Shown: piece by piece, positions 1 through 13,593 of the stretch
Position numbering within the stretch: position 1 is the first letter of the stretch
Layout: every line of letters begins with the position of its first letter
NCBI GenBank assembly: GCA_951406725.2
Contig: OX597814.1
Coordinates: forward strand, 214,520,001-214,584,000
Origin: Octopus vulgaris
Taxonomy: Eukaryota
Reading direction: 5' to 3'
Length of the DNA: 64,000 nucleotides
Translations under genes and position numbers: made by a program
Notes under the pieces: model-generated
What the model saw: only the letters and a program-made list of their open reading frames with translations
What the model was told of the DNA's origin: nothing
The model's database searches: none

Positions 1-205
1 TGGTTTCGATTCCTGGACCGGGCGATGCGTTGTGTTTTGAGCAAAACACTTCATTTCACATTGCTCCAGTCCACTCAGCTGGCAAAAATGAGTAACGCTG
101 CGATAGACTGGCGTCCAATCCAGCTGGGGAACACATACGCCATAGAAACCGGGAAACCGGGCCCATGAGCCTGGCTAGGCTTTAAAAGAGCGCAAAGAAA
201 AAGAA
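1..205 (+). mobile_element. tRNA-type SINE, 5' end cut by window edge
   Basis: Box B-like GGTTTCGATTCC at 2-13, SINE-body-like TTGAGCAAAACACTTCAT...TGCTCCAGTCCACTCAGCTG, A-rich tail. Confidence 0.6.
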
Positions 206-242
206 AGGAAAGATTACTATCACCATCATTACTATTATTATT

Positions 243-925
243 GAGGTAGTGAGCTACCAGAACCATTTGTGCAGTGAACGAAATGCTTAGCCAGATTTCT
301 TTTGGCTCTATATGTTCTGAATTTAAATTCCTAAAGTCAACCATTCCATGGTTGACTTTAGGGTAAATAAAAGAAGGCAAGTTCTGAGGTTGATAGAATT
401 GACTTCGTTACTTGACCTAAAATTTCAAACTTTGTGCTTTATAGTAAGAAAGAATTATTTGTGCTTATAGTAGAAAGAGTTATTATTATTATTAAGAAGA
501 TGGCAAGCTGGCAGAATAATTAGTGCATTGGACAAAGTGTTTAGTGGTATTTCTTCTAGCTCTTTGTGTTCTGAGCCCAAATTCCACCATGGGTAAATTA
601 CCACCTTTTAGGGTAAATTACATCAATGCCAGTCATGTACTGGCATTAATGTAATTGACTAGCCCCCTTCCCTAAAAAAAATTTTAAGCTTTGTGTCTAA
701 AGTACTAACGATTATTTTATTATTAAGGAAGGTGGCAAGCTAGCAGAATCATTAGCATGCCAGACAAAATGCTTTCTGGCATTTCATTTGTCTTTACATT
801 CTGAGTTCAAATGTCACCAAAGTTGACCTTGCCTTTCATCCTTTGGGGATTGATAAAATAAGAACCAGTTGAGTACTGGGGTTGATGTAATTGACTTGTT
901 GGCCTCATGCTAAAATTTTAAACCG
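243..925 (+). mobile_element. three degenerate head-to-tail SINE-A copies (short form) separated by short (TTA)n
   Basis: Repeated GGTGGCAAGCTGGCAGAA...TTCTGAGTTCAAAT...TTGCCTTTCATCCTTT motifs starting near 243, 500 and 731. Confidence 0.75.
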
Positions 926-947
926 TTATTATTATTATTATTATTAC

Positions 948-992
<45 letters not shown>

Positions 993-1010
993 TATTATTA
1001 TTATTATTAC

Positions 1011-1047
<37 letters not shown>
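926..1047. repeat. (TAT)n microsatellite
   Basis: Direct. Confidence 0.98.
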
Positions 1048-1049
<2 letters not shown>

Positions 1050-2499
1050 GATTATATTTCAATTTCATAGTGTAAGGTATCACTTTTGCTTTTCTTTATG
1101 AAACACAATCTACCATGAAATTTCCTTTGGAGTACTTGCAAAAAGATCTATAATTGCCCAAAGAAAGCTTGCCCTCAATACCCAGAGATAGACAACAACA
1201 ACAACAAAAAATGAGGTTTCAAATTTTTTAAAATTGTATTTATGCACATTATGTTTCCACATCCCAAATGGTTACCACACATTCTTACACAATAAGACTA
1301 AGCACTACAATTGCAAGAAAACAATAAAAAACAGAAACAAAAAAACACAAAATCAAATCAAGACACACAACTGAATGTGCACGAGGAAGGAGAATCTGAA
1401 CAGTTTAGTGAACAAATAATAGAAGAAAATGTACTAAACACTCAAATAAGTAGTTTTAAAGATTGCGGAAATAGTAACAATAACAACAACAGCAGTAGCA
1501 ATGACTGCATGGAGTTAAATGCTATGGTTTGTTCATATAGAATTTGTGTTAAAGTAAACCTTCTCTGAATACAAACTGAGCAAATGGAAATTTTAGACCT
1601 ATCACAGTTGCAAGTAAGAAAAATATTACGAATGTAGGTGGGAAGATTTCATAAACCAGAATAGCATTTCTTTGCTGCAGGAGCTTAATCCAGGAGAGAG
1701 TAAAGAGAAAGACTATATACCTCTGTTTATGGAAGGACAGAAGTGAACTAAATCTTCCCACACATCTTGAAGTACAACTGGCTCTCCAAGTTATATTGAA
1801 AGAAGTTCTCTCAATTGAAAAAGGTTAAAACGTATGGCATTATCTACTGTACCTTAAAAACTGAAAACTCAGTCAAAATACAAGCTAAAATTGTCAGACA
1901 TATCTCTGACTATATATTTATGTCCCAGTATGTGGATCAAAAAAAGACAAGAGTGAGAATAAGAGACATTAAACATGATGTACATCCGTAGCTATAGTCA
2001 GTTTTGTATCTCAGTAAGAGAGAGTGGTTAAAGCAAGGTCAACAAAAAATGACCTGTTGTTAGGGGATGTCAAAATGGATTTGCAATTCCTAATGTCACC
2101 TAAAGACCACAAATCCATGCAAGAATAATGTTCAGTTGAAATTGGTGAGGCGAAGGGCATGACATCACTAATTGCTTTATTTATTGGGGTAAAACTCAAC
2201 TCCAGAGTAGAATGCTTAGAAGAACTGGCATGATGGAAACTACCCACCAAAACAACCAAAAAAAGAATGACAAACCTCAATTTTTGGTGCAGCACAAGAC
2301 TAATCTGACATGGAATATGTTCTTGTGCCAAATATTAAAAATAAATTAGCAAACACCATCTCTGTTAACAGTGCCATTGGGAAGTATCATACCTTCATTG
2401 TATGATTAGGAAGAAATGGTAACTACAGATAAAAAAAGCTACAAACAATTTGTAACATGAAAGAAATAAATGGAAAAATCAGTAAATGAAGATCCAACA

Positions 2500-3785
2500 T
2501 AAAATGCTCTGGCACCTGATTTCCCAATCCAGACGTTTTTGTTAGTCTCCGACTCTGCCACTCTCTGCAGTTTGTGCTCATACCATGTCTTGCTTCTCTC
2601 TAGCTTCTATCTTTTGCACAATTTCCAATGTAGCACTTTTGCTACTTGGTCATGTTGCCACAACTTGTAGTGGTTTGGGGCAAGTCTAGGGCATTCGTTC
2701 GTGATATGGGCAATGGTTTCATCCACTCTATTGCAGATGCGGCACAGTGGAGACACTTGTTCATTCCTCAGGTTGACTCTCCAGTTCATGTCCAGAACTT
2801 GGTCCTGTGCTGTCAGTATAATACTTTCGGTATCTTTTTATAGTGTTCCTTTCATCAGCCAATCCCATCTATTTTTTCCAGCAACTTCTGTTGTAGCCGC
2901 ATGGAATTGATTGTGTAGTCCCTCCTTTGTAATTCTTCTTCATGTCCTTTTTGTACTTCTTCCCTTACTTTCCCTCTTTTCTCTGCTCCCAGTACTCCCT
3001 TGTTCCTAACTGACCCTAGCAAGGTTTCCTTACTTTGGGATAGGTATCATATTAAGCTCTCGAGTTTGATACTCATGCAGTCTTCCACATTTATCAGTCC
3101 CCTTCCTCCATTTGCTCCCTTCATGTATAGGCAATCAGTATCTACATGTGGATGATGGGCTCCATGCATTGTTAGGAGATTTCTAGACTTCCTGTTCATC
3201 CCTTTTAGCTCCTCCTCAGTCCACTTCAGGATTCCAGCGCCATACCAAACTACTGTGACTGTGCATGAGTTTATTGCCAAAATTATGTTTTTGGCATTCA
3301 CCTTCAAAGTCAGTATTTTTCTCACTTGCAGTAGACACTCTCTTTTTGTCTTTTCCTTCATGTCATGGTGTTTGATTCCATCTGCCTCAAGTATTCTCAG
3401 GTATTTATAGCTGGATTGCGGTTGAATTTCCTTCATCGTTTCACCACTTGGCAATCACCATATGCCTTTTGTCCTGACAAGCTTTCCTCGTCTCATCACC
3501 ATCACAGCACATTTTGAGAGTCTGAACACCATCTTAATATCATTGGAGAAAATTCCCACAGTGGACTAGGCTGTCCAGTTCTGCCTCAGCTTTTGTGAAT
3601 AGCTTCAGGTTGTCCATGAATAGCAAGTGGTTTAGTTTTCCCTTACCCCTTCCTAGATTGTACCCCAACTTTGCTTTTCTGTAGTATTTCACTCAAGGGG
3701 ATCATTCCCAGCATGAATATCAGTGGGAACACGCTGTCCCCACTGGAAGATTCCTCTCTTGATTTTCACCTCTCCTAGTACTTGC
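2500..3785 (-). pseudogene. decayed R4/Dong-like non-LTR retrotransposon (RT C-terminal half plus CCHC knuckle preceding the RLE domain)
   Basis: Minus-strand fragments GIFQ/GDS, HLLFMDNLKLF (FMDD), YKYL..LEADGIKH, YGAGILKWT, GGRGL, CRICNRVDETIAHITNEC...HDQVAKVLHW; frameshifts and stops. Confidence 0.85.
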
Positions 3786-3805
3786 TTCCCTGCTGTCAAT
3801 TCCAT

Positions 3806-3832
3806 TATTATTATTATTACTATTACTATTAC

Positions 3833-3874
<42 letters not shown>

Positions 3875-3880
3875 TATTAC

Positions 3881-3937
<57 letters not shown>

Positions 3938-3955
3938 TACTACTACTACTACTAC

Positions 3956-4003
<48 letters not shown>
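3806..4003. repeat. (TAT/TAC)n microsatellite
   Basis: Direct; source of the poly-Y and poly-I ORFs. Confidence 0.98.
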
Positions 4004-4004
<1 letters not shown>

Positions 4005-4007
<3 letters not shown>

Positions 4008-4233
4008 TAGTTTTATTTTTATAGCGTGCTTTCACTTCACTACCAAGTGCAGTTCTGTGTGTGCTTTGGGTATGTGCTGTGGTTTGCTGTGATGCTCTTA
4101 TGGTTACTGTATTGAAAGTGTTTTGCGTAGGATGTGTGCAGTGCCCAGTAGTGCAATTTTCTGTATGTTATATATATTTGTAAGTCTTTGTTTTTTTGTT
4201 ACATATTTGTCTAAATATTTTTTTATCATACCT
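4005..4233 (-). mobile_element. 3' terminal fragment of an R4/Dong-like RLE LINE embedded in (TAA)n
   Basis: C-terminus LGMIKK...IQKIALLGTAHILRKTLSIQ* typical of R4-clade ORFs, short 3' UTR, (TAA)n on both sides. Confidence 0.8.
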
Positions 4234-4250
4234 AATGATAAAAAAAATAT

Positions 4251-4278
4251 TTTATTATTATTATTATTATTATTATTA

Positions 4279-4337
<59 letters not shown>
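4251..4337. repeat. (TAT)n microsatellite
   Basis: Direct. Confidence 0.97.
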
Positions 4338-4338
<1 letters not shown>

Positions 4339-4339
<1 letters not shown>

Positions 4340-4770
4340 GGTGGCAAGCTGGCAGAATCATTAGCAAGCTGGGCAAATGCTTAACAGCATTTCATCCGTC
4401 TTTACATTCTGAGTTCAAATTCCATTGAGGTCTACTTTACCTTTTGGGGGTCAATAAAATAAATACCAGTTGAATACTAGGGTCAATGTAATTGACTTGC
4501 CCCCTCTCCCGAAATTGCAGGCTTTGTGCCTTTAGTAGAAAGGATTATTATTATCGTCATCACCATCATGTTTGTAGAAGGTGGAGGCTGAGAGAATCAT
4601 TAAAGCCCCAGAAAAAATTCCTTATGGTAATTCTTCTAGTTCTTTACGTTCATAGTTCAAACCTCACCAAAGTCAACTTTGCTTGATATTCTTTTAGTTA
4701 AGTACTGTGGTTGATGCAGTTGGCTTGCCACCCACCCTCAAAATTTCTTGACCTTGTACCTATATTAGAA
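4339..4770 (+). mobile_element. two SINE-A copies (short form)
   Basis: GGTGGCAAGCTGGCAGAATC head at 4340; second degenerate copy from about 4580. Confidence 0.75.
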
Positions 4771-4994
4771 ACTTTTTATCTTTGTAATTCCTGATTTGAG
4801 AAATACATCAAGAATTTTCATTCTTACTGCAATAATTAGGTATATCATCATCATCATCATCATCATCACTGTTTTAGCAGTCACTTTTCTTGAATCAGAC
4901 AGAATTTGTTCGGGTAGTTTTGCATAACCAGATGCTCTTTCTGTTTCCAACCTTCACCTGTTTTCAAGTAAGGTAATATTTTCCCTTAGCCAGA

Positions 4995-7095
4995 CAGAAG
5001 TAATTACTGAGGTATCAAATTGCTGGATCAGGTTAAGAAAGTTACAAAGAAAATCATAGCTCAACTTATTATTAGGAAGAGAGTTAACCTAGATGAGATG
5101 CAGTTTGGTTTTGTGCCAGGAAGAAGCACTCCTGATGCCGTCTCCCTAGTAAGACAACTGCAGGAGAAACATTTAACTAAAAATAAATCGCTGCACTTTG
5201 TTGACATGGAGAAAGTCTTAGGTAGAGTGCCTTGCTTCCTCATAAGGTGGTCAATGCAGAAGCAAGGGGTATATGAGTGTCTGGTAAGAGCTATCCAAAC
5301 CTTGTGTAGGGATGCTATCAGTAAGGTGAAAGTCAGTAATGAGTATAGAAAGTAGAAGATAACCAAGGATCACTTCTCAACCCTTTCTTGTTTGTCATAG
5401 TCTTCCAGGCCATTACAGGGGAATTTAAAACTGGTGGTCAATAGGAGCTTCTCTAGGCTGATGACTTTGTTCTTATCACTGAATCTCTTGTAGAATTAGA
5501 GGAGAAATTTCAGGTGTGGAAGTAAGGACTGGCACCAAAGACCCCTAATGTTAACTTAGTAAAGACGAAAGTCCTAATAAGAAGGAAAGCAAATTACCAA
5601 GCTCTTCAGGGAAATGGTTCTGCTTGTTATGTAAGAAAGGTGTAGGTGGAAATTCCATACAGTGTACTCAGTGCAAAATATAAGAGACGCAACAGAATCA
5701 CAGGAGGGTTAATAGAGAAAATAATTCTTGTGTATGGCAGATGTGCAGAAACAATAAACACTAAGAGCACTTAGTAGATATTTTTTTCAAATGTCGAGGA
5801 AGATATTTTGAAGTTTCTGTTGATTAGGTGACCAAATTAGCAGTGGAGGAGGATGCTCTGAAAGGATAGTTACTACAATAGGAACTGGTTGGACAACATT
5901 CAGAGCGAAAGGTGGATTGTATGATGCCTGTGTACAAACAGAAATGCTACATGGTGGTGAATCATGAGTTGTGAATGCTGAGGACATGTGAACACTTGAA
6001 AGAAATGAAACCATCTTGTTGCACTGGATGTACAATGTCAGTGTGCATGTATGACAAAGTGTAAGTGTTTTGTGAGAAAAATTGGGTATAAGAGGCATCA
6101 AATGTAATGTGCAAGAGAGAAAACTGTGCCGGTATGGTCATGATGCATATGGACAAAGACAGCTGCATAAGGAAATGGAAGACTTGGGGGATGTGAGATG
6201 AAGTGGTAGAAAATGATCTTCAGATGTTGAATCTAACAGAGGGGATGACAAAAGACTGAGGCAGTTAGCGATTTGCTGTGCTTGAGAAGACACATCAAGC
6301 TAAGTAAAATTGTGGCCAAAAAGGCATGTCCTTTATATCTATGCCCTCATACACAATTTGTCCCTGTCAAATCTCACAAATCCCATCTTCTCTACACCTT
6401 CCCCAATCACATTCACCCCTTGTTGTATTCCCCTCCTCTCTATCTCAGACTCTCCCTTGTGAACCACTTGAACACTATGTCCCTGTCAATTTTCTTTCCC
6501 ACAACATATCTTCCTAACAGACTCTCCCTTTACCTGTGTCCACTCACCTAATCTCTCACTGTTCTTTCATAATCTAAACTTACCGATCCACTCACCCTCT
6601 CCAATTCCTGGTCCACTTCACTGTATACCCCTCCTTGTAACTTGGGTGTATACCTCTCCTTGTAACTTGAGTGTATGCCCCATCACATCTTCATTGTACT
6701 GCTCTCCTTTCTCTCCAACTGAGATAGCCATGCATCTCCTCTACTGCAAGACACCCATTTCTGTCCCTCTAAATTCTCATCATCTGGCACTAAGCTACCC
6801 CACTCAATACTGCTCCCCACCTGCAAGTTACTTGGTGATTTCACTGCTGTTGGTACCATATAAAAAAGCACACAGTATATTCTGTAAAGTGGTTGGCATT
6901 AGGAAGAGCATCCAGCCATAGAAACCATGCTAAGGCAAACAATAGAGCTTGGCATAGTCTTTAGACTTGCCAGCTCCTGTCAAACTGTCTGGCCTGACCT
7001 ATGCCAACACAGGAAAAGAACATTAAGTGATAATGATGATGAAGATGATGACGACGACGATGATAACAACAATGACAACCATGATGATGATGATA
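4995..7095 (+). pseudogene. old, disrupted RTE-like LINE (same family as 17.7 kb and 19.6 kb)
   Basis: LDEMQFGFVPGRST, VRQLQEK, VDMEK; decayed YADD at about 5454; same ORF end near 6300; 3' UTR GTGGTTGGCATTAGGAAGAGCATCCAGC and (GAT)n tail. Confidence 0.85.
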
Positions 7096-8091
7096 AGAAT
7101 ATCCTAATAATGTTTACACATCCTCCTAGTATTACTGCTGATCTGTATTCTCTTTCTGTTGTATCAAGTATGGCTATCATGACCTTTACATCACTGAACT
7201 TTCAGTTGCCCTACCTCCTAAATTGAACTGACCACCTGTATTTATTTCTATTTTACATGTAACTCATATTAAATTTACATTCAAGACCTGATAATTAATC
7301 ACTTCTTCTAATCTTTCTACAAGCCTTCTTTCAGTTTTATTTTTCTGAACATGATTAATCTGTCACAATTCAAATGAAATATTACTCGCATTAATTCCAT
7401 GTAGTTATTTATGTTTTTTTTTTGCCAATGAGATATTTTATTTATTGTTTATAAAATATATTATAAACAGTGCCAGGAGGTACAAAATAATTGTTACAAT
7501 TTGTAATAAATCAATGAAAAGGAATCTATTTTACAAAAAAAACCCAAACCTAAAACCCAAAAACAGAGAAAGAAAGAATCACCAATGCTGCACCAAGTGC
7601 CTCAATTGGTCACACTCCACAAGGTTCAATGGAACCTACTGAAGCACGCCAACACGCTCATGGCATTACCATTAGTGATGGTGAATCGAAAGCGTTTTAT
7701 GGAACGAAAAAGTGGTAATGGATATTTTACAGCTCTTAAAAGAAATAAATACCAGACAAACATAGCATGCATATTAAGAAATTGAAAAATAAGAGCGTAT
7801 TCAACTGGAACCAGGATGCAGGCAGAAGATTTAGATTAAAAATTATTTGTTTCATAACATAAGAAGAGATAAAAGCAGAACGATTTAAGAACTTAAATTG
7901 ATGATATAAGATGTTGGATGGTTAAGCTGGTGGTTTTTTTAAAACTGAATTCAGTGTAAAATAGAGAAACCTCTTTTTTTAGTTACTATATTGTAATGAT
8001 AACATGGTAATTACATAACACTTATTTTGGGATGAATATTAAATTCTATTGGGATTGTGTCTTTTTAAGCTAAAGTAGAAGACTTGTACAA

Positions 8092-8322
8092 GGCGGCAAG
8101 CTGGCAGAAATGTTAGCGCACTAGGTGAAATGCTTAGCGGTATTTCGTCTGCTGTTACGTTCTGAGTTCAAATCCCGCCGAGGTTGACTTTGCCTTTCAC
8201 CCTTATGGGGTCGATAAATTAAGTACCAGTTACGCATTGGGGTCGATGTAATCCACTTAATCTATTTGTCTGTCCTTGTTTGTCCCCTCTATGTTTAGCC
8301 CCTTGTGGGCAATAAAGAAATA
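8092..8322 (+). mobile_element. SINE-A (long form) nested in a SINE-B fragment
   Basis: Full head-to-AAAGAAATA copy; TSD AGAAGACTTGT(A/C)CAA. Confidence 0.85.
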
Positions 8323-9392
8323 AGAAGACTTGTCCAAAGTGTCATGCTGCGGGACTGATCCTGAAACTGTGTGACAAGGAAGTAAACTTCTCAACCACAT
8401 TGCCCAAATTGCAGGCACTGAAATTATACCAACATTAGATGTCGTATTAATTATTTTAATAGAATGTTTCAAAATAACTTTTCTCAAAAATTCTTGTAAA
8501 ATGGAAGTCTTTTTTTCATGTTCGCTTTAACTTAATTTTTTGTTATTGAATATAGATATCTAAAGTTCTTTATCTTGTCTGCCCATGAATTATATCACTC
8601 TTATATTTATAAATACATACGTAAATATTTGAGAATATATGTTATAGAATTATGCATTATAAAAATATCAATAAGAATTTTGAGCTCGCAATGATGGATG
8701 GTCTTTATATTCTGATCTCTAATTAACTTTGGTGTATTACTATTCATTGTGGTAAATTGCCATGTCATAGTATTTCTTCTACTTATCATCAAAGCTGTTT
8801 CTTGATAATAAAGATAATTTGTAAACCAAGACTCAGTAAAATATCTGGCACTTTTAAAGTAATAACTTATGATTTCTTTTATAAAGTTCTCTAATGTTTT
8901 CATTTTGACCTTTGATAGTGAATCTTTAAAGAATTTTAATATTTAATTTTAAGTAGTAATCAGTAATTTTTCAATTAATCAGGACTATTTTTATTTGATT
9001 TCATTATATGCTATGTTAAATTAAGTTGATTGTTTTCATTCAAAAATAAACGTTTATCAGTATGAATAAAAATAAACTTCCCCTATTGCTCTCTTTGTTT
9101 AGTATATAAGAAAAAATATTTTAAAATTATTGGGAGTACACAAGCACTTATACATACATAAAGTTCTTTATATAAATGTTTTCCTGCACTTAGTTTTGAA
9201 TTTTAATTATGATTCAATAAAATTATTAATCAGTCTGAGAATAAAATAATAACAAAACAAAAATTAAATATAAATCTTATAGACCAGCTTCAAGTATTCT
9301 AAATGTTTCATTAAATACATTTTCAAATGATTGTTTCAAATTTGCAATTAATTTCCGTAATATTTACAAGCATTTTCTAAAGAAATATATAT

Positions 9393-9808
9393 AGGCGCAG
9401 GAGTGGCTGTGTGGTAAGTAGCTTGCTTACCAACCACATGGTTCCGGGTTCAGTCCCACTGCGTGGCACCTTGGGCAAGTGCCTTCTACTATAGCCCCGG
9501 GCCGACCAAAGCCTTGTGAGTGGATTTGGTAGACGGAAACTGAAAAGAAGCCCGTCATATATATGTATATATATATATATATATATGCGTGTGTGTGTTT
9601 GTGTGTCTGTGTTTGTCCCCCTAGCATTGCTTGACAACCGATGCTGGTGTGTTTATGTCCCCGTCACTTAGCTGTTCGGCAAAAGAGACCGATAGAATAA
9701 GTACTGGGCTTACAAAGAATAAGTCCCGGGGTCGAGTTGCTCGATTAAAGGCGGTGCTCCAGCATGGCCGCAGTCAAATGACAGAAACAAGTAAAAGAGT
9801 AAAAGAGA
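9393..9808 (+). mobile_element. SINE-B, full length
   Basis: tRNA-like head (TGGCTGTGTGG / GGTTCAGTCCC), CCTTGGGCAAGT core-like block, internal (TA)/(TG) tract, (GTAAAAGA)n tail; many copies in the window. Confidence 0.9.
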
Positions 9809-10191
9809 GATGTGATATTGTATTGTACAGATAGTAGTTACTACACTGCTTTAGGTTTACTGCTATTGTGTTCTGAAATGATGGAATCTATGGCAGTAAC
9901 AGCGAAGATGATAGCAAAAATGATGTCTGGGAGTTAGCAAGTAAGAAGGAATTTTTTTGCACTGGTGATAAGAAAGGGCTACCAAGGCACAGATAAGTGA
10001 TAACAAGGTAACAAGTTGGAAAATAACTTCAAGCTGACATTAACTCAGTCATATTAGTTATAGATACATGTGTTACTCTAATCTCAAAGCATATATAAGG
10101 TTAGTCAGGGTTTGCTAACGAGGTTATCAATATTTAATTCCATTTATGGAAAGAGGAGGTTGTGTGTACATACTCCATCTTTATCTTTCAG

Positions 10192-10233
<42 letters not shown>

Positions 10234-10260
10234 GAATATATATATCAAAAACATATGCAA

Positions 10261-10678
10261 CCAGGAGTGGCTGTGTGGTAAGTAGCTTACTAACGAACCA
10301 CATGGTTCCGGGTTCAGTCCCACTGCGTGACATCTTGGGCAAGTGTCTTCTGCTATAGCCCCGGGCCGACCAATGCCTTGTGAGTGGATTTGGCAGACGG
10401 AAACTGAAAGAAGCCCGTCGTATATATGTATATATATATATATAAGTGTGTGTGTATATGTTTGTGTGTCTGTGTTTGTCCCCCCTAGCATTGCTTGACA
10501 ACCGATGCTGGTGTGTTTACGTCCCCGTCACCAAGCGGTTCGGCAAAAGAGACCGATAGAATAAGTACTAGGCTTACAAAAGAATAAGTCCCGGGGTTGA
10601 TTTGCTCGACTAAAGGCGGTGCTCCAGCATGGCCACAGTCAAATGACTGAAACAAGTAAAAGAGTAAAAGAGTAAAAG
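10261..10678 (+). mobile_element. SINE-B, full length
   Basis: Near-identical to 9393-9808. Confidence 0.9.
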
Positions 10679-11544
10679 AAAACCAAAGTTAGCACTCTAT
10701 TATATGAACCCAGATACCTGTACATGAATCTGCCTACATAAATATAAACATACATTCAACCTCATATAGAGGAAGGGAAAGGAAGCTGTTATGTTTATAT
10801 CTTTTCTGTTGGCATTAGTAACATGTGAAATGATCCTAAATGACATCAGAATGTAGAACATAGATTTGGTTTGTTGACATCTTAACACTGTAACATGACG
10901 TCTGTTAAACATGTACATGTATATAATCTCAAAGCATGTGCAGCTTGAGATATGCAGGAAGGTCATCATCATTGTCATCATCATTGCCATCATCAATGTC
11001 ATTGCTGTCTCTGTTGTCGTCATCATCTGCTTTCCATATCAACATGGAAAATATGGGTTATCATGATCTTTGTCAGTTCTTATTTGGAGTTGCTGTTCTA
11101 GACTGGTTAGAGAATGGATTGGATGCTGTTCCTGATGCCAACTACAAGCAGAGAGAGGTTATCATGTTCTTGTCCTTCACAAGACTAATGGAGCCTTTCT
11201 ACTCTGTCATGTCCGTTCATTCAACAACAAATTACAGAGTGTACTGGGTGCATTTTATTGTGGTGCCAGTTCTAGAGAGGTTGTCATGTCCACAGTATTC
11301 TTAAATAGTCCTATCTACATTATGTATGCTACACAGTTTCCAACTACCAAATTCACTCATAAGGCATTAAGTGACCTGGGATATAGTAAAAGTGCCTTCT
11401 GCTTGACACTTGCTCAAGGTATCAATTAAATGGGACTGAATCCAAAACCATACAGTTCAAAGTGAGTTTCCTAACCACACAGCCATGCTTGCATCTTGCC
11501 ATGCTTGCATCTGATACACATACACACACACACACATGCATGAC

Positions 11545-11947
11545 AGCTTTCTTTCAGTTTCCATCAACCAAATCCACTCACAAGGCTTTGGTTGGCCCAA
11601 GGCTATAGTAGAAGACACTTGCCCAAGGTGTCACACAATGAGACTGAACCAGGAACTATATGGTTGGCAAGCAAGCTACTTACCTATTTCTTTATTACCC
11701 ACAAGAGGCTAAACATAGAGGGGACAAACAAAGACAGACATAGGTATTAAGTCGATTACCTCGACCCCACTGCGTAACTGGTACTTAATTTATTGACCTC
11801 GAATGGATGAAAGGTAAAGTCGACCTCGGTGGAATTTGAACTCACAACGTAACGTCAGACGAAATATCGCTAAGCATTTCGCCTGGCGTGCTAATGTTTC
11901 TGCCAGCTCGCCGCCTTCAAGCAAGCTACTTACCACACAGCCACTGC
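11545..11947 (-). mobile_element. SINE-B 5' half interrupted by SINE-A (11685-11917)
   Basis: 17-bp TSD CAAGCAAGCTACTTACC at 11668 and 11918. Confidence 0.88.
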
Positions 11948-12070
11948 TATATATATATATCATGTGATCACGTGACCGACCAGACCATCAGATGTTGCTA
12001 CACATCGCTGGTCACAATGCGTTCACATTGGTTTAACCTTCGATGCCACCCTGCTGGCTAAGCAAGCAGG

Positions 12071-12131
<61 letters not shown>

Positions 12132-13164
12132 TTTTTTAGAAGGTGGATTGTCATGGCTGGTCAGAGAGTGACCACTGGTTTTGTTCCTATAAAGCACTTA
12201 GCCTATACTTCTAAGTACTTTTTAGGTGCAAAGCCAATGGTCATTCTCTGACCGGTCATATCAATCAAACTTCTAAAATATTTTACTGCTCTAATGCTTT
12301 AGAGTGTTCTTCTTTGGATATATGAACTACTGACGAAAAATAGAAGTCTTTAACATTTTGAGCCTATATATATAGTATGGTAGATGCTTACAACTATTGG
12401 AATCAGAGGAAAAGAGTGAAAGGTGGCTGTGGGCAGCATGGGAGGGACAGCAGAAAGAGCTTTTTTGTTTGTTATGGAGCAGGAGAGATTAGCTGAACTG
12501 GAAGAAACCAGGAAGAAATGCTGAGCAGCAATCTGGCTACCTCCGCCGACCCACCAATGGGAGGGTGTTTTGGTTCAGGGTTGAAACACCCAATGATTGT
12601 TGCATATTGTTTGATGGTATTAGCTCCTTCTGGCCAAACCTCCATTCACTTTGGTGAGTGGAAAAGAAACACCTTCTTGGAAGTACCAATAAAATAACAT
12701 ATATATATAATATAGATTATATATATCCATTATACCCATCTATGTATATATATACATAGATGTGTAAACATATTTGTAGTAAACATATAGTATATATTGA
12801 GTATAATTATATATACATTATATCTAGCTTCCTCTATATATGTATATAGTACACATACACACACAAAGTATATGTGTGCTTATGTATAATCATTATCACC
12901 CTGGTTTAGACAGAATTTGGATGAAGTGGATTTTCTGCAGCTGTATGCCTTTCCTGTCACCAACCCTCACCTACCAGATCCTGTGGAACCTTTCAAACAT
13001 ATCAGTAAGGAAAACAAACTTAAAATAATGAAGATATAGAGCTTAGTTTCAGTAGAATTTTTTTTATAAGCTACGAATATTGTTTCCTTTGACTCAACGA
13101 CTGGAAACAAAAGTCATTATCAAAATAATTTTATATATTTTACAACTAATATTATTTGATCCAA

Positions 13165-13593
13165 GGTGGCGAATTGGCAGAAACGTTAGCACGCCGTGCA
13201 AAGTGCTTAGCAGTATTTCGTCTGCTGTTAAGTTCTGAGTTCAAATTCCGCCGAGGTTGACTTTGCTTTCATCCTTTTGGGGTCGATAAATTAAGTACTA
13301 GTTATGCACTGGGGTCAATGTAATCGACTTAATCTGTTTGTCTGTCCTTGTTTGTCCCCTCTATGTTTAGCTCCTTGAGGGCAATAAAGAATTAAGAAAC
13401 ATTTGCACATTGGGTGAAATGCTTAGTGGTATTTCGTCTGTCTTTACATTCTGAGTTCAAATTCCACTGAGGTCGACTTTGCCTTTCATCCTTTTGGGGT
13501 CAATAAATTAAGTACCAGTTGTGTACTGGGGTCAATCTAATCGACTGGCCCCCTCTGCCCCAAATTTCGGGCCTTGTGCCGAGAGAAGAAAAA
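13165..13593 (+). mobile_element. SINE-A dimer (long form plus short form)
   Basis: Two units within one 16-bp TSD ATATTA(T/C)TTGATCCAA (13149 and 13594). Confidence 0.85.

Noticed and set aside
1311-1568. 85-aa N/Q/E-rich ORF
   Set aside because: Non-ATG start, low complexity, no recognisable domain or splice signals
3723-4428. Poly-I/Y/N/L ORFs (also YIYI, THTH and poly-D/G ORFs elsewhere)
   Set aside because: Translations of microsatellites
9393-9470. tRNA genes at SINE heads
   Set aside because: A/B-box-like motifs only, no full cloverleaf, and they continue into SINE bodies
9377-10501. Recurrent ORFs MSSNARG.../MLGG.../MTTDAG...
   Set aside because: Chance frames within SINE-B copies
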